Positions 36,346 to 49,580 of a DNA stretch of 64,000 nucleotides are shown here, piece by piece (position 1 is the stretch's first letter; every line of letters starts with the position of its first letter). A model generated the notes under the pieces. It was not told the DNA's origin. It worked only from the letters and a program-made list of their open reading frames with translations, and made no database searches. A program made the translations under genes and the position numbers. The stretch is from Octopus bimaculoides (Eukaryota): NCBI RefSeq assembly GCF_001194135.2, contig NC_068984.1, positions 73,735,942 to 73,799,941 on the forward strand. Direction: 5' to 3'.

Positions 36346-37835
36346 CTACAAAACCTTTTCTGCTTTTAATTTCCCGCTTGTTGTACATCAACAAATATTT
36401 TAGAGTAAAATAATATATTTACCTTGCAAACAGGGAGACTTAATTGTTTTCCTGACTTAAAGTTTTTGTTAAATAATTTATCTGTCTTCAAAGATGCGTA
36501 GTTTCATATATAGGAATAAACTGCATTCAATAAATCGGAAAACGTTCACAACAGAATTGAATGTTTTACTGACTGAAGAGGATTTTACTAAAATCTCTCT
36601 TCATCCAGTTTTCTCGTCCTCGTCTTCGTCTTCATCCTTTCATCGTATATCCATTCTTGTTTTGAGAGTGAAATATTAATAGCCGTTATTTTTTCTTTTC
36701 TTATTCCGACGACTCACAAAGAAAAGTAACCTCTGATCAAACCTTGTTTCATTCCTTTCCATATGTAAATTCAATGAATGACTTGAATAATTACTGTTTT
36801 TTTTTGTTTTGTTTTTTTTCCTTATTTCATTTCTTATTTATGAGGAAAAGTGGCAAATTATGACATCATAATAGAAATTTAATGTAATTTTCAAACGACT
36901 TTTCCTATACACCATTCTGTGATGCACTTGGAAACATCATGTTTCCTGAGATCATAATATAGACAAGGAACAATATCAAATATATTATTAACTCCCTTTT
37001 ATTTTCTGCTGTGAAAAATCATGATTGAAGTAACGTCATAATGGAACATTTTTCAAATTCTATACTATGCCTTTTTTCGTGATATTTTTGACAAAGCGTA
37101 TGACGGATGGAAGGACAGACTGACCAACGGTTAGAGAAAGAAACGTGGCTCTTAAACATAATATAGGTTTAATATTCTTTCTACTATAGGAACAAGGCTT
37201 AAAATCTTGGGAAGGGAGTAATCGATTACATCGTCCCCAATGCTCAACTGGTACTTATTTTATTGACTCCAAAAGGATGAAAAGCAAAGCCGACCTCGGT
37301 AGATTTTGAACTCAGAGAATAACAACGCTCGAAATGCCGGCGTGCTAACGATTCGGCCAGCTTGCTGCCTTTATAATATAAATTTAATATATTCTTTTCT
37401 ACTCTAGGCTCAAGGCCCGAAATTTTGAGGGAGAGGGCCAGTCGATTAGATCGACCTAGTACACAACTAACTGGTACTTAATTTATTGACCCCTAAAGGA
37501 GGAAAAGCAAAGTTGACCTCAGAACGTAAAGACAGACGAAATACCGTTAAGCATTTCGCCCGGCGTGCTAACGTTTCTGCCAGCTCGCTGCCTTGTAGAT
37601 TTAATATATTACATGAACAATTGGCAGAACCATTAGCTCGCCCAGCTAAAAAAATTGCGGTATTTAGTCCGTCTTTACTTTCTGAGTTCAAATTCCGCCA
37701 AGGTTGACTTCGCCTTTCATCTTTTCGGGGTCGATAAAATAAGTAGCATTTGAACACTGGTGTCGATGTTATCGACTCACCCTCTCCCCTGAAATTCTGG
37801 CTTGTGCCACAATTTGAAACCAATATATTACATGA

Positions 37836-37875
<40 letters not shown>

Positions 37876-38580
37876 ATATACATACACATTCATACGCTGA
37901 CACATACACAAACATATACGTATGTATATAAACAAAGATGAGCTGAGAGAAATAACTCAAGAGTGGCTTGTGATATGCTTTTGGACAACATAAACAAATA
38001 AAGGTATGTCAAATACCATACAACATAAATTCTTGATTTATTAAAATTACCTCCGCCTCTAGAGAATGTACCATAATTACCAAATGGCAATTAAGACCAA
38101 CTCCATTTCAGAAGGAAATATAATCTCAAGATTCAAGGATTCTCCAAAGCTGCTATGCCTGTAACGAAAAGGACCGGGTGTCATTACTAGTAAACATACC
38201 TACAAACATATATATACATACACAGAGACAAGCACATGCACATACACGCGCATCGCAAGCTATTGGGTATTATTACAAGATAATTGTTGACCTTACGTTA
38301 GGTACATTTTGTGCTGTTGTTCGTTGTTGGTTTTCATCGGCTTGTTTTCTAGCAAGCTTCTCAGCAGGGAAGACTTGTGGGGTGCCGCTTTAGTGGCCGA
38401 CCACCCAAGCATAGAACTGTTTGCACTAGATCACATGTTACCCGTAACACTAAAGAGTGATGTGCCACACGCACACGCGCGCACAAGCACATACATATAT
38501 ATGTATTTGTGTGTGTGTGTGTGTGTGTGTGTTTGTGTGTATATATATACACACACACATACACTGACACCTGTTATATG

Positions 38581-38618
<38 letters not shown>

Positions 38619-38677
38619 TATACATATAAACAAAAATATGAATGTGTGTGTGTGTTTCATAGTGGTATTCGTTTTAT

Positions 38678-38813
<136 letters not shown>

Positions 38814-39361
38814 TTTTAAAAAAATGAATGTGTGTGTGTGTGTCTCATAGTGGTATTCGTCCTGAGAGAGTATCTCTGATAGAGCTTTAGAGTTAAAAAA
38901 ACACAAAAATACATCAGTAGCAGGCAAACATCGTCCAGCAGCGGTGATGGCATAGATAAATGCGTATTTCTGCCTCCTTGAGCTTCGCCAATAACAAGTT
39001 TCGATTGGCAACCGTATGCTAAGACGAAATCGTTACTGATATTGTAAAATATTGATTGAAGAGTCACAGATGCTGCAATTAGCTGGCAGGCCAAATAAAA
39101 ATTAGTTATGTGCAGCAGAAGCTGTATTAGTTTGAAGCTGCAATCTATGTATCAAACATAATGCAGAGGTATCATTGAAAGCTTTTGCTACTGATGAAAT
39201 CTAAAGAGGCAGAGATACGCATTTAACAATGAATGTATCATGACACATACCATACAATAATGTATAATCAATGATTATACATTTTATAAAAGGCGTTAAT
39301 TTTCAAAAAATTTCCCGCGGAGAGCAGTCGCTCCCCTTGCTCCCCTCTTAGTTACGCCATG

Positions 39362-39415
39362 GATGTATCTATAGAAGATGAGCATTATCAAATGCTCGTC
39401 TTCTATAGATACATC
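39362..39415. repeat. 25-bp palindrome with 4-nt loop
   Basis: gatgtatctatagaagatgagcatt-atca-aatgctcgtcttctatagatacatc; 24/25 Watson-Crick pairs, the remaining one a G-U on the + strand. Confidence 0.9.
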
Positions 39416-40834
39416 TTTCGTCTACAACGAAAAATATATACTTGTAATTTGATTTTGAAAGACACAGACAATATTGGCTCTTATTGTTTTTGTTGCTGAT
39501 GCTGCTCAGAGCTTCCGGCTGAAGATAAAAGTGTTAGAGGAAGAGAAAACATGCATCCCTAACGAACAAATTACCTCGACTTGTTTTAGTAGTGAGACCT
39601 GCTTCATCAGGTCTCATGCGGTCCGCTTCTTGAAAATGGTTGCCCATACTTGGCTTAAATGCTCCTTTCTTGAATGGAATGGGTCGAATTAATTGTATTG
39701 GTTGGCATTGGTCAAGCAGACCTATGGTCTACGCCGTTCCAACTGTAACCATATAGTTTATTTATCTATTTATACATTATTTTATTGGTTGAAATTATCG
39801 AAATAAGACAATTTTTTACATGAAATAACTTCGAATACAACATTTTTTTTGTGTTCTATAACACAAAATAGATAAGTATACGAAGTTTGAAAGTCTTTCG
39901 GTACCAAAAACACTACATAAAACATAAATGAAAACTGGTGCCCCCGTTTTGAACTAGATCCTATATTTTTCTTTTTTAGCTAAATCAATAATGACGTAAT
40001 GCGATTTAAGAAAAAAAACATTAAATGAAATGTCGCCTAGGCAACAGATAAGAAGATAAAAGTGTTAGAGGAAGAGAAAAGATTACAAAGTAAAAGAGGT
40101 GGGATAGTAGGAACTGGAGTAAATTTCACAGTACAAAACCGTCCCCTATTGTTGCTTCTCGTTCACTCCTCTACTTGCATCCTTCTGGACATCTCATTGG
40201 ACATTCCCTTCTCTTCCTCTTTCTTTACTTCATCTTAATCATCATCGAAGACGTGGGGAGAAATATAGGATAAGAGCTGGTAGGTGCCTCCACAGTTCAA
40301 ACTTCATAATGTAATATTTTCCCTTCCTTTTACTCGTCTTTCTTCTCGTTCCTCTCCTTTTTATCCTTTTTCAAAGAAACGTTGTAACATCAGAAAATAG
40401 GAAGGAGAAAAAAACGGTTTTCTTTCATATCTTCTTCTTTCCCGCACTTGCTTTTTATACTTCACATCATTCTCTTGCTCTTTTTCCTTCTTTTTCAGTG
40501 TTTTATTCAATTTTCACTTTCTATTTCCCTCCTTCACTTCCATCATTTGCTCTTCCTTCTCCGTTTAAGACTTTTCTACTTGAGAAAAGGAAAAAGAGAA
40601 AAGAGACGACACTGCAAAACTAATCTTTCGACTATACGCCTAGATCCTGGGATTTGTGGAGAGCGGCTACTCAGTTATCTCGAAGCCAGTACTCAATTGA
40701 TGCTTTATTTATCAACTCCGAAAGAGATGAAAAGCTAAGTTGACATCATCGAAATTTGAACTCAGAACGTAAGTTTGGACGAAATACCGCTGTCCATTTT
40801 GTCCGGTGCGATAACGATACTTTGTTTTTTCTTT

Positions 40835-41043
40835 TTTCTACTCTAGGCTCAAGGTCCGAAATTTTGGGGGAGCAGACCTGTCGATTAGATCGACTCCAGT
40901 GCTTAGCTAGTACTTAATTTATCGACCACTAAAGGATGAAAGGCAAAGTCGACCTCGACGGGACTTGAACTCAGAACGTAAAGACATACGAAATACCGCT
41001 AAGCATTTCGCCCAGCGTACAAACGATTCTGCCAGCTCACCGT
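40835..41043 (-). mobile_element. SINE family A copy
   Basis: Well-preserved copy; an opposite-orientation copy starts at 41106. Confidence 0.8.
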
Positions 41044-41105
41044 TTTTGTTCATGTAATATATTAAATCTGCTATAAAGAAATAAATATATTAAATCTACA
41101 TTATA

Positions 41106-41270
41106 AAGGCGGTAAGCTGGCAGAATCGTTAGCAAGCTGGAAAAAATGCTTAGCAGCATTTCGTGCGTCTTTATTTTCTGAGTTCAAATTCTGCCGAGGT
41201 CGGCTTTGCCTTTCATCCTTTCGGGGTCGATAAAATAAGTACCAGTTGAGCGCTGGGGTCGATTAATACG
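41106..41270 (+). mobile_element. SINE family A copy (head-to-head with 40835-41043)
   Basis: aaggcggtaagctggcagaatcgttagc...gagttcaaattctgccgaggtcggctttgcctttcatcctttcggggtcgataaaataagtaccag. Confidence 0.8.
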
Positions 41271-42160
41271 ATTAAGTCCAGCCGTGATCATCCAGTCTTT
41301 TTAAGGGCAAGTAAGGTTACAGTATCTAATAATTATGTTACTCAATATAGCAAAGTATGATTTAATGGAAGTTTAGCAGCTATATTTAGCATGTCGAGAG
41401 ACTACTTACAGGTTCCCTAAATGGCTACGTTACATTGATAGGTTACGAGACATTTAACAGATGGGTCAGTAATTCGTATAGTGAAACTTCCAAATGGAAG
41501 ATGCCGAGTGTTTTGTTAGCTTACTGTATCCACTGAAGAAAATTGTCACTGACTAGTTGGTCGCGTTTCAAGTGACAGAATTTTTCTTCCTTCATTAGTG
41601 GTAATTAATCTAAGGAATTAATCTCTGCTGGTATATGGAGGAGAGTTTATGAAAGGCTACACAATCTATGCATAAAATTGTGAGAAAAATAAAGCAAAAA
41701 ATAACAAACAAAATCATTAATATCGGCATCAAGAACAGCAACAACATTTGTGCAGAATCGCTAGCACGTCGGACAAAATTATTAGCAACATTTCTTCTGT
41801 CTTTACGTTCTGAGTGTAAACTCCACCAAGGTCGACTTATTTTATCAAGAATAGATATTCTGTAATGAGGGTATCTTATAACGAAGGCAATAAAAGACCT
41901 TATGATAAAAAGTAATGAAAGACCCTTTGATGGGGAATGAGAGAGCCTCTACGCGATCCCTCTTTCTGCTTGAAACAATAGCTGCTTCCGTTTTTTGTCG
42001 ATAGCTGATGAGGCCAATTATGGTACGGAAGTATCAGCCATCTGTAAGGTACATTCCCCGAGAAACGATAATGTTCAGTTCTATATTTAAGAGATGAGGA
42101 ATTATTTACATTATTTACATTATTTACATTTGACGGATAGTTGTCATCTTGTTTGTTGTT

Positions 42161-42206
42161 AACACAACGTTTCGGCTGATATACCCTCCAGCCTTCATCA
42201 GATGTC
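42161..42206 (-). ncRNA. Minimal type I hammerhead ribozyme motif (intact core)
   Basis: Minus strand: GACAT-CTGATGA-A-GGCTG GAGGGTATAT CAGCC-GAAAC-GTT-GTGTT; canonical CUGAUGA and GAAA, palindromic AACGTT, stem I with G-U pairs. Confidence 0.7.
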
Positions 42207-42254
42207 TTGGGGGAAATTTCGAACCTAGGTTCTCATTCCTAAGGTATTTTTCGA

Positions 42255-42314
<60 letters not shown>

Positions 42315-42331
42315 CATCATCATCATTATAT

Positions 42332-42561
<230 letters not shown>

Positions 42562-42609
42562 ATCGAAAAATACCATACGAATGAGAACCCAGGTTCGAAA
42601 TTTCCCCAA

Positions 42610-42655
42610 AACATTTGATGAAGGCTGGAGAGTATATCAGCCGAAACGTTGTGTT
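42610..42655 (+). ncRNA. Minimal type I hammerhead motif (core UUGAUGA, C3 changed)
   Basis: AACAT-TTGATGA-A-GGCTG GAGAGTATAT CAGCC-GAAAC-GTT-GTGTT; part of the ~145-bp inverted repeat 42114-42256 / 42561-42705. Confidence 0.6.
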
Positions 42656-43052
42656 AACAACAAACAAGATGAGGACAAATATCCGTCAAATGTAAATAAT
42701 GTAAAAAGATAATGTTGTCTAAAATATACAATATCGCAATAAAAATGGTATAGTCACGACTGGAACGTCATTGATCATAAATCTTGTTGTGACTAAGCAT
42801 GTGGCCATAATATTTCTCCTGGTATGGTTTGATTAATCTTAGAAGGGGCTCATATTCTTTCTTTTTATATAATCGTAATGTTTTAATGGTATTAGTTGAG
42901 GCGGTTGATCTTTCGACCAAACCAAGAAAACTGCCACGTCAATTTCCAAGGCTGGTTATGCTAACCTTAGGCTCCCCTTGTCTACAGATATTGGTAATAA
43001 CAACAACAACACCAGCAATACCATCTTATGAGCTCTGTACCATTTACTCAGT

Positions 43053-43221
43053 CAGCGCCGTCTTAACAGATTATAGCCCCGCCAAACAATTCAGTACTCT
43101 GGACACTACAGTATTTAGTTATTGACAGTAAGCCACAGTATACATAGATCAGAATTAGGCCTAAGACCTGTGAGGCCCCCGGGTAAATTTCTCAGTGTAC
43201 CCATGCTTTAGGACGGCACTG
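43053..43221. mobile_element. hAT-type MITE
   Basis: 14-bp TIRs cagcgccgtcttaa / ttaggacggcactg (12/14); 8-bp flanks tactcagt / cactcggt (6/8). Confidence 0.65.
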
Positions 43222-46200
43222 CACTCGGTAGAGAAAACAACGAAAGCATCAATAACTTCATCAAATTCAAATTCTCACTTCGGATGCTTACCAGTAACGC
43301 TAAATGCATGCAGAACAATAATTCTCACGCTTTGACCGAGTCCATCTTGCTTGTCTCCTCTTTAGGCGCTATCATGACTTGAGGTCACTCATCATAACTT
43401 ATTGACACATAAAAGAAACATACTAGTTAACTGAAGTAAATGCCAAATTCAAACTACCACACTGCATCGCATATGACGTTCTTTTCGCATGTTAGGAACA
43501 TCGTACGGGCTTCGCCTAGCGGAGAGACAACGTGTATGTGGAGTAACAGACGTATGGCTCGCCCCTTATCATCTAACGGACTACATATGCACTAGAGATT
43601 TGCATGAATAGGACATAAACAACGACGACGACAACAACAGCAACAATAATCACAAAAGTAGCAGAAACAGTCCTCAACCACCTGACGCCACTTTCACTTG
43701 ATGTCAATTGTAAAATAGAAATAATACGGAAAAGACTAAAGTTTTTAAAACTGTAATTCTTTCTTTGACTAGAATACATGCTATGAAGAGAAAAGTGTTC
43801 TTCACTATTGGATACCGTTGATTGTTTCAGCGGCATGCAATATGGAGTCTCAACGTCGCCCGTCAACAAAACTCATGCGGGAAAGATGTGTTGCAATAAA
43901 AGCATGAAGAGACAGAAACTTCTGATCGACAGAAGATCAAGTGTGCTATAGTATAGAGGTTTAATATTTCACAAATATATCTCAACCAGTTTGACTGCTG
44001 CAATTCAGTGCGACACGCGTATTGAGAGTCGTAACCTAGCGTCCTTGAAGCACATCCTCAGGCGCCTTCACTGATAAACAACAACAGCAGCAGCAGTAGC
44101 AGCAACCATATCAACAATCATGATCACAGTTTCATTATAGAGGTAGAAAGCGGTGGTGGTGGTGGTGGTGGTGGTGGTGGAGGTGGGACTGAAGTAGAAG
44201 CAGGGATAGCAACTGCAATACAGTTCACACAGCGTGCGCATTGTGTCCAAAAGGTGCATTCACGTGGAATGTGTAAACACAACCGGTGCTTTTATCATAC
44301 GCATGCACCCTGTTACGCACTGGTACTTGATGGTTCGGTTGACACGTGTATGTACACAAGTGTATAGCGTAGTAAACAAGGAAGATAGAATATTTTTGTT
44401 GGCTGACGCCTGACTCTTTTTTTCCTTCTTTTTCAGTTATCGCATAAATAAATCTAAATGAATGATATGAGCGTGGTTTGTGTAGCTAGCTGACTAGACC
44501 GAGTCCTCACAATCTTTACAAGAATATCATGGGTAATGTAGATAAGCATATTGTTTTGTTCGGTCCAAGTGGGTGACATCTCGCACTTGCAGTATCGTCT
44601 CTATATTTCAGCATATAAACAAAGAAGATTCGACTCAACGTAGGATTCGCCTCTACTTGGTCAGTGCAATGTGTTTGAAATAAAAGCCAAATTATCCTTA
44701 AAAGCACATTCTACCGTCTTAAAAGAGGCACACGTTGAGTAAATTATCCTTGGTGTTCTCTGTATATAAGAATATAAACGTGATGGTTGAAATTGGAATT
44801 CCTTTGATTTTGTTTGCTATTCTCAATTAGCTCTTACCTAGGACTAAACAATAACAATAATAAGAAAAGAGAAGACTGGAACTAACGGAACATGGCGATT
44901 GTTCTCACCTGCTGGAAATAGTAACCTAAACTCAATGAAATAAGACCACACTGCATTTGAAGCAGGAACACATTGAATAATGCAGTTCTAGGATATGCTG
45001 CTTCTGAAGAAAAGAAGAAATTCTCATATCTAGGTCTGCGCGATCAGAACTAATATATGATTAAAGTATAACAACAAAGGAAGGAGGAAAGGAAGGAAGG
45101 AAGGAAGGAAGGAAAATGAAGGAAAGAGGAAAGAAAGAGAGAAAATAACAAAAAAAAAATGTTAATGATTCATTAACACACTGTGGCTTAAATTCGGTTG
45201 AAAGATGTAATCGTTGATAGGAATTAATAGACGTGGCAGTCTTCGGTGAAATAACATTGATAACAATAGCGATAATGATTTCTTTACTGGCAAGAAATAA
45301 CAAGAGTTGGCTTATATACAGTATAAAGACCTGCTAGAAATTAAGAGAAATCCTGTATATGCCATGCGATTCACTAGAAATAAAAGAAAGAGATCGGATG
45401 TGATGGGGAGAGAGAGAGAAAGAAGGAGAAAGAGAGGGAGAGAAAGTAGGAACTTCTGTGTGACTGCACGATCTACTAACAAAGTGACCAAATCGGGCCA
45501 AATTACACCTTACCGTCTTAATAAGACTTCAGTACGTTTACATGAAAAGGCATTTTGTTCGATGCTCTGCCAGTCGAGAACCTTTACTTGCTACAAATAA
45601 CGAGTGATAGAGATTGATATAGATAAATAAATAAAAAATAAAGAGAAGGGGGAGAGAGCTTGTGCGCGATAGCGTGACCTGCTAAAAATAGCATCCAAAC
45701 ATCCCTCAAATTACATCCCAAAAGGTATTTCCCCAAAGAGAAAATGGATAGTCGGGTTATGAAATAGAAGCAGTTCTATAACAAAAACTTTGTTAATATA
45801 AATACTTAACGTATGTGTGTAGCAGACAAACCAGAAGTTGTGGTATTCGTTTGGAAAAAAATCCCTTTAAAGATGTGTTGTCTTAAAAATACAATGTACT
45901 TCAGAGCTAGGCGAAACGAAATCTATCTAGAAGTGTCTGCGAGAGCGACAGATACGTATTTCACCGTTACTGCAGCTACTCAATGTCCCATACTTGAAAC
46001 AAAATCGTATCAGCTAGTTAGAGTAAACAGAGATAGTGTATAAACTATACACTAACACAATACGTCTATAAAGGGATTTGTTCCCGAACGAAAACCACAG
46101 TTTGTAGCTTAGCAACTATACACATACGTCAAGCATGTAATATTGATAAAATAGTAATGTTTTCTGTATTTGTGGATATGTAAATGAGCATATTTAAGTG

Positions 46201-47232
46201 CTTGTTGAAAATGTCTTTTTATGTATACGTATGTGTCTGTACGTGTTGGTGTATATGCTTTAGCTGGTTGATATCATATGTGTGTGCTTGGATATGGTTG
46301 TGTGTGTGTGCGTGTGTGCGCGCGAGCGTGTGTGTGTATGAGTGTATGTGTGTGTGTAAACGTCTTTGTGTGAGTTTATATATGTTAGCGTCTGTATATG
46401 TCTGTGTGTGAACCTGTATATATGTGTCTCATGTGAGTGATTGTATGCTTGTATGTGTATGTATATGTTTGGTTATGTGTATGTGTGTGCGAGGCAGTTA
46501 ATGGTGAATTTATATAGCAGCGCGAATATATCTGTACATGTGTAAATGCGTGTGTGTATGTGTATGTGTTTATATATATGTATGTATCTACGTATGCATA
46601 TATGTATGTATGTATGTATGTATCTACGTATGCATGTATGTATGTATGTATGTATGTGTGCGTGAATCTATATGTCTGTGTGTGAGTCTGTGTATGTTAA
46701 CATCTGTATATGTCTGTATGTGGGTCTCTATATGTGTGTGTATAGTTTGAGTGATTGTACATGCTTGTACGTGTATGTTTATTTAGTTATATGTGTATGT
46801 GTGTGTGTGTGTATGTTTATGCGAAGTAGTTAATAGTTAATTTATATACCAACGCGAGTATGTCTGTACATGTGTTTGTGTGTGTGTCTATGTCTGTGTG
46901 CCTGTGTGTGTAAGGTTGCTGGTGGTATCATATTTGAGGTTGCACCCACCAAGAAAATTGCACCAAAAGAAGATCAAATGAAGACAAAAGAAATCCGTAT
47001 AGATTTGCGCAGTCACGCAATTAGATTAAGCACACGTGCGGCCACAAAGGTGAGCGTGTCCATTTTGGCGTAAAGAAACGTAGCGTTCAAGTGTATGTAG
47101 GTATATATGTATGTATGGTTCTATGTATGTATGCATTTAAGTTTGTATGCCGGCATGTATGTATGTATGTATGTGTACATGTATATGTCTACGTATATAT
47201 GTATATGTGTATGTAGTGCATGTATGTATGTG

Positions 47233-47282
<50 letters not shown>

Positions 47283-47336
47283 NNNNNNNNNNNNNNNNNN
47301 NNNNNNNNNNNNNNNNNNNNNNNNNNNNNNNNNNNN

Positions 47337-47379
<43 letters not shown>

Positions 47380-47443
47380 GGCATGATAGATTGCTAGCCA
47401 CTAAACATTTTTTTATTTTCTCTCCCTGTATATTTCTGTGTTC

Positions 47444-47479
47444 CTTTCTGTCGAAGAGCGTAGGCTTGAAACGTAAAAG
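47444..47479 (+). ncRNA. Minimal hammerhead-like motif with core CUGUCGA in a Penelope terminal repeat
   Basis: CTTT-CTGTCGA-A-GAGC GTAG GCTT-GAAAC-GTA-AAAG; same family as 34197-34233, ~150 bp upstream of a Penelope RT fragment on the same strand. Confidence 0.5.
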
Positions 47480-47579
47480 ACTTTCTCACTTCCCAAGCGT
47501 TAAACTAATACATCTGTATGTTATATGTTATTTACATACCCTTTACACATCCGTCTTCGTCTTTTTTTTTTGTAAATTC

Positions 47580-47617
<38 letters not shown>

Positions 47618-47635
47618 TAAAAAAATTCGGAGGAA

Positions 47636-48625
47636 GATATAAGGTGATAAAACACAGAAATCATGTTTGTGTAGATAAAGATTATTTATGTACCAACACC
47701 AGGAGACCTCAAACTAAGGCCCATTATAGTTGGACCATCCTATGAAACTGAGTTACTTCATTGACACTCTCTTGAAAACATCTTCTAAAATACATTAAAA
47801 CTTACGTCAGAGAGTAAAGGAAAAAAACATATGGTCTCCTTTGATGTTGTAAACCTGTAATACTAATATGTCCCATAATTTCAGATTAGAAGCAACTCAG
47901 TTCTAGCTGAAAAAATACCCAAAAGAAATACCGGAACGTATTAGCAAATAGTTCATAAACCATTAAAATTTATTCTCCAGCGAAATCACTTCATGTTTGA
48001 AACCACTCTATACTGACAAAAATTTTGAGTTGCGATGGGAACCAAAGCAGACTCCGTTCTTGCAAACTTGACAATGGGCTATTTGGAACTAACAGTATAT
48101 CAGAAGTCACTCATAAAATTCGGAAATCCCCTTTCCAATACATAAAGGAAAATTGAAAAAGATATTTGGTTGATTGTGTCATTCTATGAAGTGAGAACAT
48201 GGAGAAACTTTTGGAATTCAAAAGACTTCTCAATAACAGAAATACAAATATACAATTCACAATGGAACACAACAAAAAGGAACTCCATTTTCTAGATATA
48301 CTAATCAAAAAAGTAAATAAAAAAATAGAAACCGACATATTTTACAAAACTACAGACTCGAAACAATACTTGTTTAGCTCATGCCACCCATATTAAAATA
48401 AATATTAAAATAAATATCCCATTCAATCTAGGGAGAAGAATCTGCACTATAGTGTCGGAGAAAACTACAAGAACTACAATAGCTTAAAAACATACTCGTC
48501 GACAGACACTACCCAACTTCGCTTATAGATGATGGGATAAAACGTGCAAAAAGAATTAATATACGAACACTAAGAGAGATCAAACAAAACAACACACCCA
48601 CTACAAAACTATTACCTTATATTAT
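47636..48625 (+). mobile_element. Penelope-like element reverse transcriptase fragment (pseudogenised)
   Basis: Frameshifted motifs LKLRPIIVGP, MVSFDVVNL, VAMGTKADSVLANLTMGYLE, KRYLVDC, IQFTMEHNKKELHFLDILI, TDIFYKTTDSKQYL..SSCHP, NIPFNLGRRICTIV; includes ORF 48199-48396. Confidence 0.85.
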
Positions 48626-49486
48626 AAATCCTATGTGTGTGTGTGTGTGTGTGTGTTCCCACATACACGTATGCTTATATACATACAAACACACACACAC
48701 ATACACACATGTATCTGTGTATACATATACAGATAACTATAGTTTATAGATATTTTCTGTATAGAATGCTCTTCGTAGTGCTCAAGGGATTTAAACTCGA
48801 GCAGGTAGAGGAGCAACTGTAAGGATAAGCAAATTAGACAAGTCAATATACAAAAAATATTAAATGCATTGAATACAAAAATGTAAATAAGTTTACATCT
48901 CTCTTTATAAAAAGGTCCGACTTACACAGAATAGAAATGAGATCAGGAATTATATATATATATATATATACATATATATNNNNNNNNNNATACACACACA
49001 CACATATATACAGCCAACGAATTAGTAAAGAAACTCTCTTTATTACAAAATACAGACCCCTTTTGAACGCATCTACAACAAACAACATATCTACCACGGC
49101 CTTAGAATAACACTCAAATATTTAAAAATGATACATTCAGGAGACGCCTAAAAATTCATTAAAAACAGTCCCAATCACTGATATAATCCACAACGAGCCA
49201 CTTTTATGTCACTTGACCATTTAACATCCTACTACTATCATACCATCCCGCATTCTCTTATTCTCTCTTCTGCTCTTTCTCCTTCTCCTTCTTCGTCTTC
49301 TTCCTCTCCGCCACCTCCTTCCTTACTTTACTACTACTGCTGTTTAGAATAACACCTACGCAAATTTTATAATCAATACATTCAAAAGAGAAGTCTCAAG
49401 AGTTCAATCACTACTACCATCTACAACAATTCACTTTCAGGGCACTTGACCATTTAGCATCTTACTACTGTCATAGCACTCCCGCA

Positions 49487-49580
49487 TTCTTCTTCTTCTT
49501 CTTCTTCTTCTTCTTCTTCTTCTTCTTCTTCTTCTTCTTCTTCTTCTTCTTCTTCTTCTTCTTCTTCTTCTTCTTCTTCT
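49487..49580. repeat. (TTC)n microsatellite
   Basis: Direct read; source of the poly-Arg ORF 49437-49631. Confidence 0.95.

Noticed and set aside
46360-46880. ~310-bp diverged tandem duplication of GT/AT-rich sequence
   Set aside because: Low-complexity local duplication with no functional signal.
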